Below, piece after piece: positions 49,172 to 60,199 of a stretch of DNA of 64,000 bases. The notes under the pieces are model-generated. The model saw only the letters and a program-made list of their open reading frames with translations, was not told the origin of the DNA and did not search any database. The DNA is from Trichosphaerium sp. ATCC 40318 (taxonomy: Eukaryota; Protista; Tubulinea): positions 62,001-126,000 of the forward strand of contig JALMLS010000507.1 of the NCBI GenBank assembly GCA_038496445.1, in the 5' to 3' direction. Positions within the stretch are counted from its first letter, which is position 1; every line of letters begins with the position of its first letter. The position numbers and the translations under genes are program-made.

Positions 49172-51660
49172 ATGCAATACCTTCCTAAAGAGCTTTTTCA
49201 TGAAATCGCCAAGCACTGCACGGTTACTTCCTTGGTTGCGCTTGGCATGGTGTGTAGACCGTGCACAAGCATATTGGCGGATAAAAACTTATGGTGTACA
49301 GTAATCGAGACGAGATATCCTACCGCGTATTCCAGGTATGTGATCCCGTTTTTTTGCGTTGAATGCGCTTTTTTTAATTTAATATCGTTGGTGGACCACC
49401 AAGTCATCCAACAAACTCTCGAACATGTCGCATAGCGGTTAAAAACTTCATTTTATTAACGGCATGTAGCCTCATTGATATTCCGGGCCATGAGTCGAAA
49501 TATCCCAGTAGATGGGATTGGTCATCAGAAGCTACAACCCACAAGCAGTTCTTTTTCTATTTGAGCAGTAATAAGCTTGTTAAAAACAAAGCAACACCCA
49601 AAACATATGACATGAGCGGTAATTACCCGGAACACCTACAAGTGCGTATTTCAACCACTGATAAACTGAAGTCACATTGTCTGATATATTCGTAAGATTT
49701 ACGACCTGCTACGACGTCATCCAACCAACAACAGCCTCATAGGTAAGCGCAACGCTCGAATAAGAAAACAAAATTAACGTTGCTAAAAACCAAAAATTTT
49801 GTTTCTAACGCCACATTCCTTTTTAGCTGTATCTTTCTATGCATTGAAGCGTATGATGTACAGAGAAAAGCATAATGAATTTGGCATCGAAGAAGATTTA
49901 CTCCGAGGTAAACTCTTTTAAAACCCATCAAAGTGTTTCAAATAGCTTCAATTCTGCGTCAACATCGCTTTTTAGACGTCATGTTTCATTAGCATCATTT
50001 TTTTCAATGTAATTTGAAGTTGTATTCTAAGTGTAAGTGCCTTTGTGTTCACTCTTTATCGTAGTTGGTGCCACAGAGTTTATAGTAAACTTGGTGATTA
50101 AATATGCATCTGCTACAGTAGGATATAGAGGATCTGCTTTACTATCAAGTGAGGCATTTGGAATGCTAGGGAACATGGCAACGTTAGGTACCTCTTTTGT
50201 TTTACATTCCCAAATTGTGCTTTTGAAGAAAAATATTACAGCACCTCGCTGTTTTACATCCTCTATTATTGCTTAAAATAAATGATATATATTTAAACCG
50301 CGTATTTACATGGTTTGAGCTACTTTTAGTCGTACAAACTAGCGCAAAATGTTTGATGTCCTTTTTTCTTGGTTGGTGTTTTTTTTATTGTTCTTATCGG
50401 TTTTTTTAAGGTAAAACAAGAGAATACCTGTCAAAAACAGATATACACGCATGGCTAATAGATGCTCTTAAGAAATATCCTAATGAAGAGGCTTTACAAC
50501 GTGATGCTTTATTTTTTGCTTTTAATTTATGTATTCGCCAAGAAAGAGGTACCTCAGCAGTTTGAAGTCTTTCATTTGCGTTTTATTCCGTTGTGAGGTA
50601 TTGTTAACTATATTTTAGAGCACAAGGACTATGTCAGTACGTATTTGAAACATTTACAAAGTTGGTTCTGGCAAACCTTTTTCACTGAGCGGAGTTTTAT
50701 TTGTCTTTTTTCTGTATTATCTTTGAAGCGACTTCAAACTACATTTCTGTCAGGTGGACACAATATGTTACCTATACATCGGCAATTATATTGGAATGCT
50801 AAACCATGTAATAACGTTGCTACTAGGCAATTTATTTCGTCAGCACTATGACTGAAATTGTGGTTTCAATCGAAGATGTTTTGATTTTTTTTTTTGGCTT
50901 GCCTTTTTAGCTGTTTACTTATTCTTTTATTAGTTAATACCTCTAAACTCATACAAGCTGGTATTATACACTGTGTATTAGTTGCCTTAAGAGGTGCAGC
51001 AAGAGAGAATAGAGAAATACAAGATGACGTGTTCAAAATTGTAACGCACATGTTTAATCGCTCAGGTTAGATTTTTTTTTTGTTTCTTTTTTGAATCCAA
51101 TTCCACTTTGACAAATACCTTTATAAGATATATCGTATTTCATGTAAATTTTCTATTCTACTAAAACTGTAAACAAAAGAATTTGCGATTGAACTTTGTA
51201 ATGACGCACGGCTGTCCAGATATTTCTGGGTTGATAGACCTTTTATTTTACACTTTTTTTTTTGCACTCTTAGTTTACGCTTATTAATAAATAGAACATT
51301 GTTGTAATGAATTCATAAATGGTGGTGGATTAACAATGATAACAGAGATTTTAAAGACTTACATAGGTAAGTAATAGAGGATTGCTGGAGCATTATTTTT
51401 GGTTTTTTTTTTGACTTTCTTTGATAGATGATGGTGTTAATGTACCAAGCGTGTTATACCCTGGGCTTTACTTTTTGGCTTCCAGAGTAGGTAGTCAGAG
51501 ATTAAGTCGTACTATTATGCCTTTATTGGTTGTTATGAATCCTCCAGATACAGTTGAGAAGAAATTAAAGATGTTATGGAGAGAAATACTGAGTTTGCTT
51601 GATTTACAACAACCAGAAATTGACGATAGGAGTTCAATACTTCATCAAGATCAAGAATAA
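49172..51660 (+). CDS. F-box protein with ARM/HEAT-like repeats
   Basis: MQYLPKELFHEIAKHC..LGMVCR..LW. Later helical repeats such as LIDALKKYPNEEALQRDA and AGIIHCVLVALR. Confidence 0.7.
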
Positions 51661-52106
51661 ATTAACTTTCCCGGAAAGATAAGCCAAAAAATTCCCAAAA
51701 TATCAGTGGTGAATCAGGAACGTTGAGTTTAAAAGCACGAAAATAATGGGAATACAAAGTAAAAAAAAGTAACTTTACCTAAATAAAATGACATAGCCTT
51801 CCTTATTTTAAGATACATCAGATTTAGTAGATTCTATAAGTAATGTCAAATGGAAACAAAACTAAAAAAGGAAAGAAAATTTGTGACAACATTGCGTAGT
51901 GTTCATTTAAAACCGTTTTGATAAAATTACGTTAAAAAAAAGGCTTCATTGAATATGTCAAAAAAAGATACAGTTGCAGTTTACCGGTAGAATGTTAGCA
52001 TTGTTACTTTCTCTATATATAAAGCTATTGTAGAGTACGATTTTTATTAAAAAACATGTGGCCGACGGTCAATAATAGTATTCGTTTTGATTCTTGTGAT
52101 TAAACA

Positions 52107-53843
52107 ATGCAAGCACCTTTTATTGTACAGCTACTGGAAGGTAAAGTGAAGATTGGACGCTTACAGTTTACAAAAGCAAAAGTAAGTCAATTTTAGCACG
52201 TCATTGCGTGTCAACACTTACATATAACGCTAAGGAACACTTGTATGCGATTACAAGCTTGTTATTTTTTAAAACTGATCAAAACATCGAACCGCTGTTC
52301 TCTTTGACACGTACAGGGACAAAAGAAATTACTTTAATCATTAGTAGCGACCATGGCACGTTTCGTAATAACAAAGCGATTTAATCTCGTTTTCAGCGTT
52401 ATATACGCTCAGAAAACGCGTATAAAGAGCGTTTGTGGCTATAATAAGCATACTAAGTAATTGTAGAGTTCGCAGCCCAAAACGATAGATTCGAGTGGGA
52501 ACAGTCAGAGTATTGCGTATTCTCTGTAGCTATGGGCGCGTCAGGAGCAAATAAAAACCAAAGTCTTGTTAGCCTTGCTTCTAAACCACTAGCATTGGCT
52601 GGTATCAGTATTTACTACATGAGGTGCGCAGTAATGAAATAACCACAAGGCTAGAATCGTAAAAACCTGTAAAAACGGAGAGAAGTAATATCGGGAATTC
52701 TTATTTCTCCTTTCTGAATTTTTCTCTTTTTTTTTTTGGCCAAAGCACCTTTGTACTCCAACAGAAATTTTTCGGTTTCAATATCAGCAACGGTTAGCTA
52801 TTATAGGTGGTTGACGTTGATAGTAAAGTAACTTTTGATAAGGCTATATATTGTTGCAATGTATTAATTGGTCTTTAGCTCGTTGGATTCGGATTATGTT
52901 CTTGTACAGTCAGAAAAGTTAAATGATGCTGTTAATTGCCTGCGACAGTTTTATAATATAGATGTTCTTGGATCTGATAATATAGAAAGAAAGGAAATGG
53001 ATATAAACAAACAAGAGCAGGTAATCTAATTTTCTTTTTTTTGTTTTCAGATTCCTCTCTTAATAAGCTACCTGTCTGTCGTGTAACTCTTCTGCGGTTA
53101 CCTAAGAACGGTATCAATCTAAATAGGCTATCTTAAATCTGAAAAAGTTTATCTTTCGATCATCAACAAGAGAAAATGTTCTCAAAAAATTCTTACTTCT
53201 CTAAAACCTTGTAGGTCTCTTTACCTAATAAACCTAATATAAGAATAATATCTGATATATACTTATGCAAATTTAATGCTAAAATGGCGAATACAATGGG
53301 TATAGACATGCTTAATGCACTACTTCATCCAAAGACAGAAGACTCTTTTTTTAATCTTGTTAAAACAGATGGTGATATAAGTCTTGGTACGTACAAGTCT
53401 TTATACTTTCCGTCAAGCACAACAGCAACAATAACGACAAATCTTGCTCTTGGACATCACTTAAGGAAGTATCTTTAAGCTATACTTTACTTACTGTCTT
53501 TGTTTTAGTTCTGGATGTTGGTTGCGCAAAAGTGTTTCAAAAACAGCCAGCTATCACATCTTATAGTTCTTTTTGTAAGCTTATACAAGTAGGCGCTGAA
53601 CTTGGGTTTGCTGAACCTGGTACGCACTTTGTTTTTGTTCAAAAAAGTTTTGCATCATGTGTTGACTTTTTATCCTTTTTAGGTATTGTTTATGGAGTTT
53701 CATCTGCTCTTGCAAAAGGTGGTATATCGAGTCTACCTTACATATCAACATTTAGTAATGATTGGGCTATTGTAGATGCAGAGGATGCTGAACAAGCATC
53801 AAAGTGGCTAGAACAGGGTGAATACACTGTAACAACTACATGA
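52107..53843 (+). CDS. CASTOR/GATS-like tandem ACT-domain protein (arginine-sensor family)
   Basis: LFSLTRT..EITLII, SKPLALAGISIYYMSSLDSDYVLV, FFNLVKTDGDISLVLD, LGFAEPGIVYGVSSALAKGGI..YISTFSNDWAIV. Splices into an intact frame. Confidence 0.83.
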
Positions 53844-54024
53844 AGTTTTTTTTTTCTTGATATTTTTTTGCAATACTTGTTAATAAAATTGCGCCTACCC
53901 TTCATCCTCTGTCAGCACACGAGCAATACTGACCTTAACACTGCCATTTGTTTGTATCTAATACTGCATTACGGATAAGTTGTTTTTATTGGAACAGTTG
54001 TTGGTACTTATTTGTACTGGATAG

Positions 54025-54194
54025 AGTTCGCTGCAGGTAATTCGGCTATTGAGGTTGAATTGTTTGAGCACTCTTGGGCACAACCTTCCGTGATTTGCCG
54101 TTGGAAAGGAGAACATGATGAGCTAGTGATTTTAGGCGCTCATGAGGATTCTATTGCTGGAGCCGCAATAAGTGCATCTGCAGTACAGTTCTAG
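54025..54194 (+). pseudogene. Isolated fragment of an M28 (Lap1-type) leucine aminopeptidase
   Basis: VELFEHSWAQPSVICRWKG..ELVILGAHEDSI. No upstream or downstream peptidase exons found. Confidence 0.65.
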
Positions 54195-54488
54195 ATTCAT
54201 GTGGTAGTGCAGCCCGTTTCTTCAGAAATTGAAGCTGTTGTGGATCTACTTTGTTATCCTCGTGAGTATGTAGCAGGGTGATTTTACTGATACACCTTCT
54301 ACGACAAGACATTCAGAAATATCCATTTCTTCAGTAGCACCATTACCAAAAAACTAACAACTTTCATTTTTGATTTTTTCTTACCTATCACGTGATAAAA
54401 ATGGAAAATTTTTGTTTTGTTACTAGACGACTTCAGGCTTTTAGTTTTGTGTTGGGTATTGTTTTACTAATGTTGGTTTACTTGTAGA

Positions 54489-55640
54489 AGCTGATTTGAG
54501 CAATGAAGGTTCTTTTGAAGAAGCTATTGATGGCGCTGATGCCGTACTTCATATCTTCACCAGTAACAATGACAGCTCAAAACCCTGAAGAAGAAATAGT
54601 CAAACCAGCGTAAGTTTTGTGTATAAATCTCAATCGCAGCATCTTACTTGTGCTTAGTATTCAAGGTGCACTTAATGTCTTGCGTACATGCAAAAAAGTT
54701 GGTTCAGTGAAGAAGGTAATTAATTGTAACAAAGAGAAACCTCAAGAGATTATTTCTTTTGCAAAGCGATACTGACATTAAGCGTTATTTTACTTGCTTC
54801 CCTAACTAATAATTAGGTTGTTATGACGTCTTCAGTTGCAGCTGTACGTTGGGCTGGAAAAGAACCTTCTGGCACACCAGCTGTATTCACGGAGAAGGAC
54901 TGGAACACTGTTTCTACTATAAGTACTGAACCTTACCCAGTAAAGGCCGAACAAGCTGCATGGGACTGTGTTAAAGAAGACAAGTCGTTTGCTCTTGTAA
55001 CAATCTGTCCGTCTTTCATATTGGGTCCAGTTTTAAGTCCAGGAAGATTAAGCGAAAGCTTGTCAGCTGTAAAAAGGTACAACAGTCAAAAGAAACCATG
55101 TTGTTAACGATATTGAAAGTCTCATCACTGGTGGATACCCACGTGTTCCAGATATGTATTTTGGTATAACTGATGTAAGAGATGTTGCTATGGCTCATAT
55201 TATTTCGATGGAGAAGGCAGAAATTCAAAGTAAGAGAGGAAGCTTGTTCGGTTTTTTTCTTACCTTTTTGTTTTATAGACGAACGCTATATCTGCTCAAG
55301 AAACGGTCTTGTTGCAATGCTTGATTTGTCTAAAGCGCTCAAGAAGTTGTATCCAAAACAACCTATTCCTATGAACACCATGCCTAACTTTGCAATGTAC
55401 GCAGCAGCAATATTTGATAAGAGATTATCTTGGAATTATTTGAACAACACTCTTGGAAAGAAGTATCACTACAACAATGAAAAGATTGTCAGGTTCGTAC
55501 CTTTTACACTTTGCTACTATTCCAAAGAGATAAACTAACAACTTACAAGTGAGCTTGGTATACAATTCAAGGATATGGATACATCACTTAGAGACAGCAT
55601 TGAGGCTATGGCTGAACATGGACACTTTGAATTAAAGTAG
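54489..55640 (+). pseudogene. DFR/cinnamoyl-CoA-reductase-like extended SDR, 5'-truncated and frameshifted
   Basis: EADL..GSFEEAIDGADAVLH, a frameshift before SPV, KPAIQGALNVLR, VVMTSSVAA. The catalytic YxxSK is reduced to YPVKAE, and no GxxGxxA exon was found. Confidence 0.72.
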
Positions 55641-56421
55641 TGTAGTTAAGAAATAAAATATCAGATAGTTCGAAACAGCGACATTGTTAACTTTTAAGTA
55701 AATTTTCCAAACATACTCAGTACCACCTAAGTACAATGATATCAATAGGGTTTCAACTGTTGTGTATCTTAAAGTCAAAATCATTAACCGGTACAACATA
55801 CCGAAAGTTGCTGGCCGTGTTTAGTGTGTACAACGTGGCTTAATGTCGGGAAGAACTCTGATTGAGCAAAAAATTTGATCGTTTACTCCTCGGGTGCTGG
55901 AATAATTTGTCTTAAATATTTTTCATGCATACACATTGTACGTCTTGGTTTGCATGCACATGGATGTTAGGTCAAATCCGCATGTAAACCAGAAAAGTGT
56001 TGCTGATTTTAACAATTTTACTACGGCATCCTACAGTGCCCATACTTCTGTCACATGGCCGCCATGTGATATAAAAGCGTCGACAGTAGTGATAGGGTGG
56101 AGAAATATGGAGATTCTGAGAAATCGCCAAAAAACTGATACCTTTTGCTAATTTTTATCAGTTTTGTTTTTACAAACTCTACACCACTTGAAAGGGGAGA
56201 ATATATATACAGTAAAACGTTTTCACTTCCAAAATGTTTTTTGGCAGGCATAGCTGGCCGCTAGAGCTAAATTACAAAAAAAAAAAACCTGCAGCAAATT
56301 TCAGTGAATTTTCTGATCGAGCTCCTTAAGTGTTTAATATCACCCAGCTAACGCATTTAATCCCTCAAGTTCTCTTTTTAGTTTATAACATTTGCTTAAC
56401 AAAAACTAACGGCGATCATAC

Positions 56422-57501
56422 ATGGAACAACAACAAACACAGTTCAACCAAGTATTCGACCTTGTTGCGCTACCAATTGAGTTAATAGTCCATATTCTCA
56501 AACAAGGGACGTATACGCTTCGTATAGCCCAAACATGCCATCTTTTACGAGATATTGTTCACAACCACGTTGGGTATGGTCGTATCCGTACTAAAAACAC
56601 AAATAAAGTTCAGATGCTTTCTGGTAGTCCATTACTCCACAATACGACTATTGATCTCAGCCAATGTAAGCTACCAAACGACATTATTGCGGCATTGGCA
56701 GGCGTGCACACTATCAACCTATCTAGTTGTAAATCAATAACAGACAATGGCATTGCAGCATTGGCAGGTGTACATGAGATTAATTTATCATATACAAATG
56801 TAACAGATGAAGGTTTGAAGGCATTGGCAGGTGTGCACACTATCAACCTATATAGTTGTAAGTCAATAACAGACAATGGCATTGCAGCATTGGCAGGTGT
56901 ACATGATATTAATTTATCATTTACAAATGTAACAGATGAAGGTTTGAAGGCATTGGCAGGTGTGCACACTATCAACCTATATAGTTGTAATTCAATAACA
57001 GACAATGGCATTGCGGCATTGGCAGGTGTACACACTATCAACCTATATAGATGTAATTCAATAACAGACAATGGCATTGCGGCATTGGCAGGTGTACATG
57101 AGATTAATTTATCATATACAAATGTAACAGATGAAGGTTTGAAGGCGTTGGCAGGTGTACACACTATCAACTTATGTTATTGTAAGTCAATAACAGACAA
57201 TGGCATTGCGGCATTGGCAGGTGTACATGAGATTAATTTATCATATGCAAATGTAACAGATGAAGGTTTGAAGGCATTGGCAGGTGTGCACACTATCAAC
57301 CTATTTAGTTGTAATTCAATAACAGACAATGGCATTGCGGCATTGGCAGGTGTACATGAGATTCATTTATCATATACAAATGTAACAGATGAAGGTTTGA
57401 AGGCATTGGCAGGTGTGCACACTATCAACCTATCTAGTTGTAAATCAATAACAGACAATGGCATTGCAGCATTGGCAGGTGCACACACTATCTATCAATG
57501 A
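56422..57501 (+). CDS. Intronless F-box plus LRR protein with near-identical repeats
   Basis: LVALPIELIVHIL..IAQTCHLL, followed by alternating 25-aa and 24-aa LAGVHxINL repeats. Confidence 0.92.
   Translation: MEQQQTQFNQVFDLVALPIELIVHILKQGTYTLRIAQTCHLLRDIVHNHVGYGRIRTKNTNKVQMLSGSPLLHNTTIDLSQCKLPNDIIAALAGVHTINLSSCKSITDNGIAALAGVHEINLSYTNVTDEGLKALAGVHTINLYSCKSITDNGIAALAGVHDINLSFTNVTDEGLKALAGVHTINLYSCNSITDNGIAALAGVHTINLYRCNSITDNGIAALAGVHEINLSYTNVTDEGLKALAGVHTINLCYCKSITDNGIAALAGVHEINLSYANVTDEGLKALAGVHTINLFSCNSITDNGIAALAGVHEIHLSYTNVTDEGLKALAGVHTINLSSCKSITDNGIAALAGAHTIYQ
56690..57495 (+). repeat. Coding tandem repeat of alternating 75-bp and 72-bp units (147-bp higher-order unit)
   Basis: GCATTGGCAGGTGT(A/G)CA recurs at 72- or 75-nt spacing; one extra 75-bp unit breaks the alternation. 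Confidence 0.95.
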
Positions 57502-57670
57502 TGGCTATAGGAATAAGTGCACTGGTAGGCGCAAAATTAATTAGTTGGTAAACATTCAGCAAAATTATTTCACGTCATGTGCAATATGTAAGCAGTTGTT
57601 GCTCTAGTAAAGTTCTATTAATCAGTAAGAAAAACTTACTATTGTCTCCTTTCTTTAGGACTAGTTCAAA

Positions 57671-58481
57671 ATGACTTCTTTCACAAAATGTATTTGCACT
57701 CTAAGTACATTCCACTTAGCCAGTGGAAGATTACATACATGTGGAAGCGACTTCTCCAAAATGTCATGCAAAGGGGCTTGCTGTCATGACGATTTCAATG
57801 CCTGGTGTTGTCCTAGTACAAATCCGCATGCATGGTCCTGTAAAGCAACTTTCCAACACGATCAAAATCACTGCGACGCTCCCAAATCGTGTATATGTCA
57901 TATGTTGTTAGTATCGAACAGGCGGGTTCCCCAAAACCTATCGCTACACATGACCTAAAACATGTATCTTGCTGCGCATCAGGCGAATTGTGCTCACTAC
58001 CGGCTACTTTCGAATATCCACAAACAACTACACTATCATGGTCTGACAGGCACGTGCTTTTCTTTATCCGATATTACACCCATTCCCAGGGCTCAAAGTT
58101 AGGTTTTACTGATGTGACTTACATTTTTGTTGTAGCTCCATCGGTTCACTTGAAATCAACAAAAACATGTTTATTGGTAACCAAAATGTTACTTTATCTA
58201 ATACGTACACAACGGAAGCAAGCTACTCCCGACAAGTATCAGTAGCTGTATCTGAAACATGCACAATCGCTGCTGGAAATAGACAAAATGATATGATGGG
58301 GTACCTTGAAGCTATGGGTAATGTTTATGTTGTACCTGTCAAAATGAATGTCAGAAGTTGCGGCCTGATGAGAACTATCCATGGAACTGTTAAAGCTATA
58401 GTAGTAACAGATAATAGTACATGTACTAAGAAGATTTGTACAAACAAATGTAGCAACGATGGTTGTATTGTAGTTGCTTAA
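57671..58481 (+). CDS. Cys-rich protein with an aerolysin/ETX-MTX2-like beta-pore-forming segment (5' structure uncertain)
   Basis: Cys-rich N-terminal part (CKGACCHDD..WCCP..WSC). After a GC-AG intron at 58050: TTTLSWSDSSIGSLEINKNMFIGNQNVTLSNTYTTEASYSRQVSVAVSETCTIAAG...YVVPVKMNV...TIHGTV. Confidence 0.45.
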
Positions 58482-58531
58482 ACAAGTTATTGTTCCATGG
58501 AACTTTTTCCCCATTTTGACTCATTCAATTA

Positions 58532-59506
58532 TCACTCGTGCACATTATTTAGGTCATTAATAGCTTCCTCTATAATATGAGCGCAATAATTTAGTGTTAA
58601 TATCTTGACGCCAGAGAGTGGTGCAATCCACTCATCTGTTGCCTTTGTGAAAGAAAGATCTGAGTGTGCATCTTTAAGATATTTCAAGTACTCTCCAATG
58701 ATATTGAGACAACTCCTTAGACAAATATTATGTACTCCAGCAAGATATTCAAAGCATGATCCTGTGATTCCAGGACATTCAGCAAGATTAATTGTGTGAA
58801 CACCAGCCAATGGTATCACACCTGAATCTGTTATAGCTGTTTTGCTTAAATGTATCTCATGAACACCAGCCAATGCTGAAACACCTGTGTCTGTAATGAG
58901 AGCACATGCGTGTAGAAATATTGTGTTTACTCCAGACAAGAAAGATAGCACGTCATCTGTCACACTTGAATGTATAATACTGATACGTGGTACACCAGAA
59001 AGTGCTTTCAAACTCAGAGTTGTCACTCCGGGAACTTCAAACAAAAAAATGGATTTGAGGTGTTTCACAAGAGGTGTTATGTCTGTGATACCTGTACATC
59101 GTTCTATGATCAAACGATGAACACCACAAACAGATTTAAGCCCTTCATCAGTTATAAAGTCATTATCACAAAGCTTCAGTTCAGAAACACCAGAAAATAA
59201 TGCAAGCTCTTTGTTTGTTAATGCCGGAAAATGTCGGAATGATACTAATGAATTTTTAAGAAGAGGACTTCCACACAGTTGGTAACAATGTGAAGATGAC
59301 CGAACTAAGATAAAATTGTATCCTACATGATAGTGTATTATGTCTGATACAAATTTGCAGGTTTGAGAAGCATTACATCTATCAGAATCATCCAAAAACC
59401 CAAGCAAATGAGCAATTATCTCTGTTGGTAACTCTAATAGCTCAATGGTACCAGGTACCGTCGTATTGTCCTTAAATGAAGCTGCAATGTTTGATAATAG
59501 GTCCAT
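58532..59506 (-). CDS. Intronless F-box plus LRR protein (diverged paralog of 56422-57501)
   Basis: LLELPTEIIAHLLGFL..ASQTCK, the shared linker HVGY...GSPLL.N, and LAGVHxIxL repeats. Confidence 0.88.
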   Translation of the reverse strand: MDLLSNIAASFKDNTTVPGTIELLELPTEIIAHLLGFLDDSDRCNASQTCKFVSDIIHYHVGYNFILVRSSSHCYQLCGSPLLKNSLVSFRHFPALTNKELALFSGVSELKLCDNDFITDEGLKSVCGVHRLIIERCTGITDITPLVKHLKSIFLFEVPGVTTLSLKALSGVPRISIIHSSVTDDVLSFLSGVNTIFLHACALITDTGVSALAGVHEIHLSKTAITDSGVIPLAGVHTINLAECPGITGSCFEYLAGVHNICLRSCLNIIGEYLKYLKDAHSDLSFTKATDEWIAPLSGVKILTLNYCAHIIEEAINDLNNVHE

Positions 59507-59689
59507 TGGTGGTATAGTTGTTAATTTACTGCGAAACAAGCTTGTGGACTTTTCTGGGTCACTTAAGAGATATACTTCCGCAAGTTAACCATACTCTCAT
59601 TCGTCAACCTCCGACAACCACGTTTTAGTTGGCTTTCCACTTTTGTATCATAACCATTTTCCTTTTTCTGAAATGTGTTAATAGCAGCT

Positions 59690-59947
59690 TTCTTTGATAG
59701 ACAAACCATGTGGGTTGATGGTACAAAGAGAGTAAAGGATGGCATGAGAACGGACTACTTGAGGGGCAAGGTACATGGGTTGAGGGTAAACAACATGGCA
59801 AACAGAAACGTTGGTAAGAATGGACGAATTAAAGAACAATCCATGTGGGTTGATGGTGAACAACATGGTGAATTTAAAGGATGGTATCCAAATGGAGAAC
59901 TAGAGTACCAGCTTATGTGGTTTGCTGATAAGAAACAAGAGTCTTAG
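59690..59947 (+). pseudogene. Degraded MORN2-repeat fragment
   Basis: NGRIKEQSMWVDGEQHGEFKGWYPNGELEYQ. Short, no proper start, broken repeats. Confidence 0.65.
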
Positions 59948-60199
59948 AACAGTCTATTAATGGAGCTACAGCACGTGACAATGTACAGCAACAAATGACA
60001 ATAAAACCTCTTCATAAAACTGTCGAACCATACAGTTGATGAAGTATTGAGCACTTTCTATGTACTACAAATCTTCTCGTTTGATATAATTGGCAGAAGT
60101 GTGAAATACAATTAATTCCAGTTTAATGTACATAACAGTTATTTGGTTTTTTTACTTACAATGTGCTATTATTTACTTGACTTGTTTACTACTACTAAT

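Noticed and set aside
56610-57170. 186-aa antisense ORF, and similar antisense ORFs at 103-444 and 21980-22303
   Set aside because: Shadow frames of repetitive or biased coding sequence on the opposite strand.
56690-57495. CRISPR array or diversity-generating retroelement
   Set aside because: The repeats are in-frame coding LRR units without unique spacers; there is no cas gene, reverse transcriptase or separate template repeat in the window.
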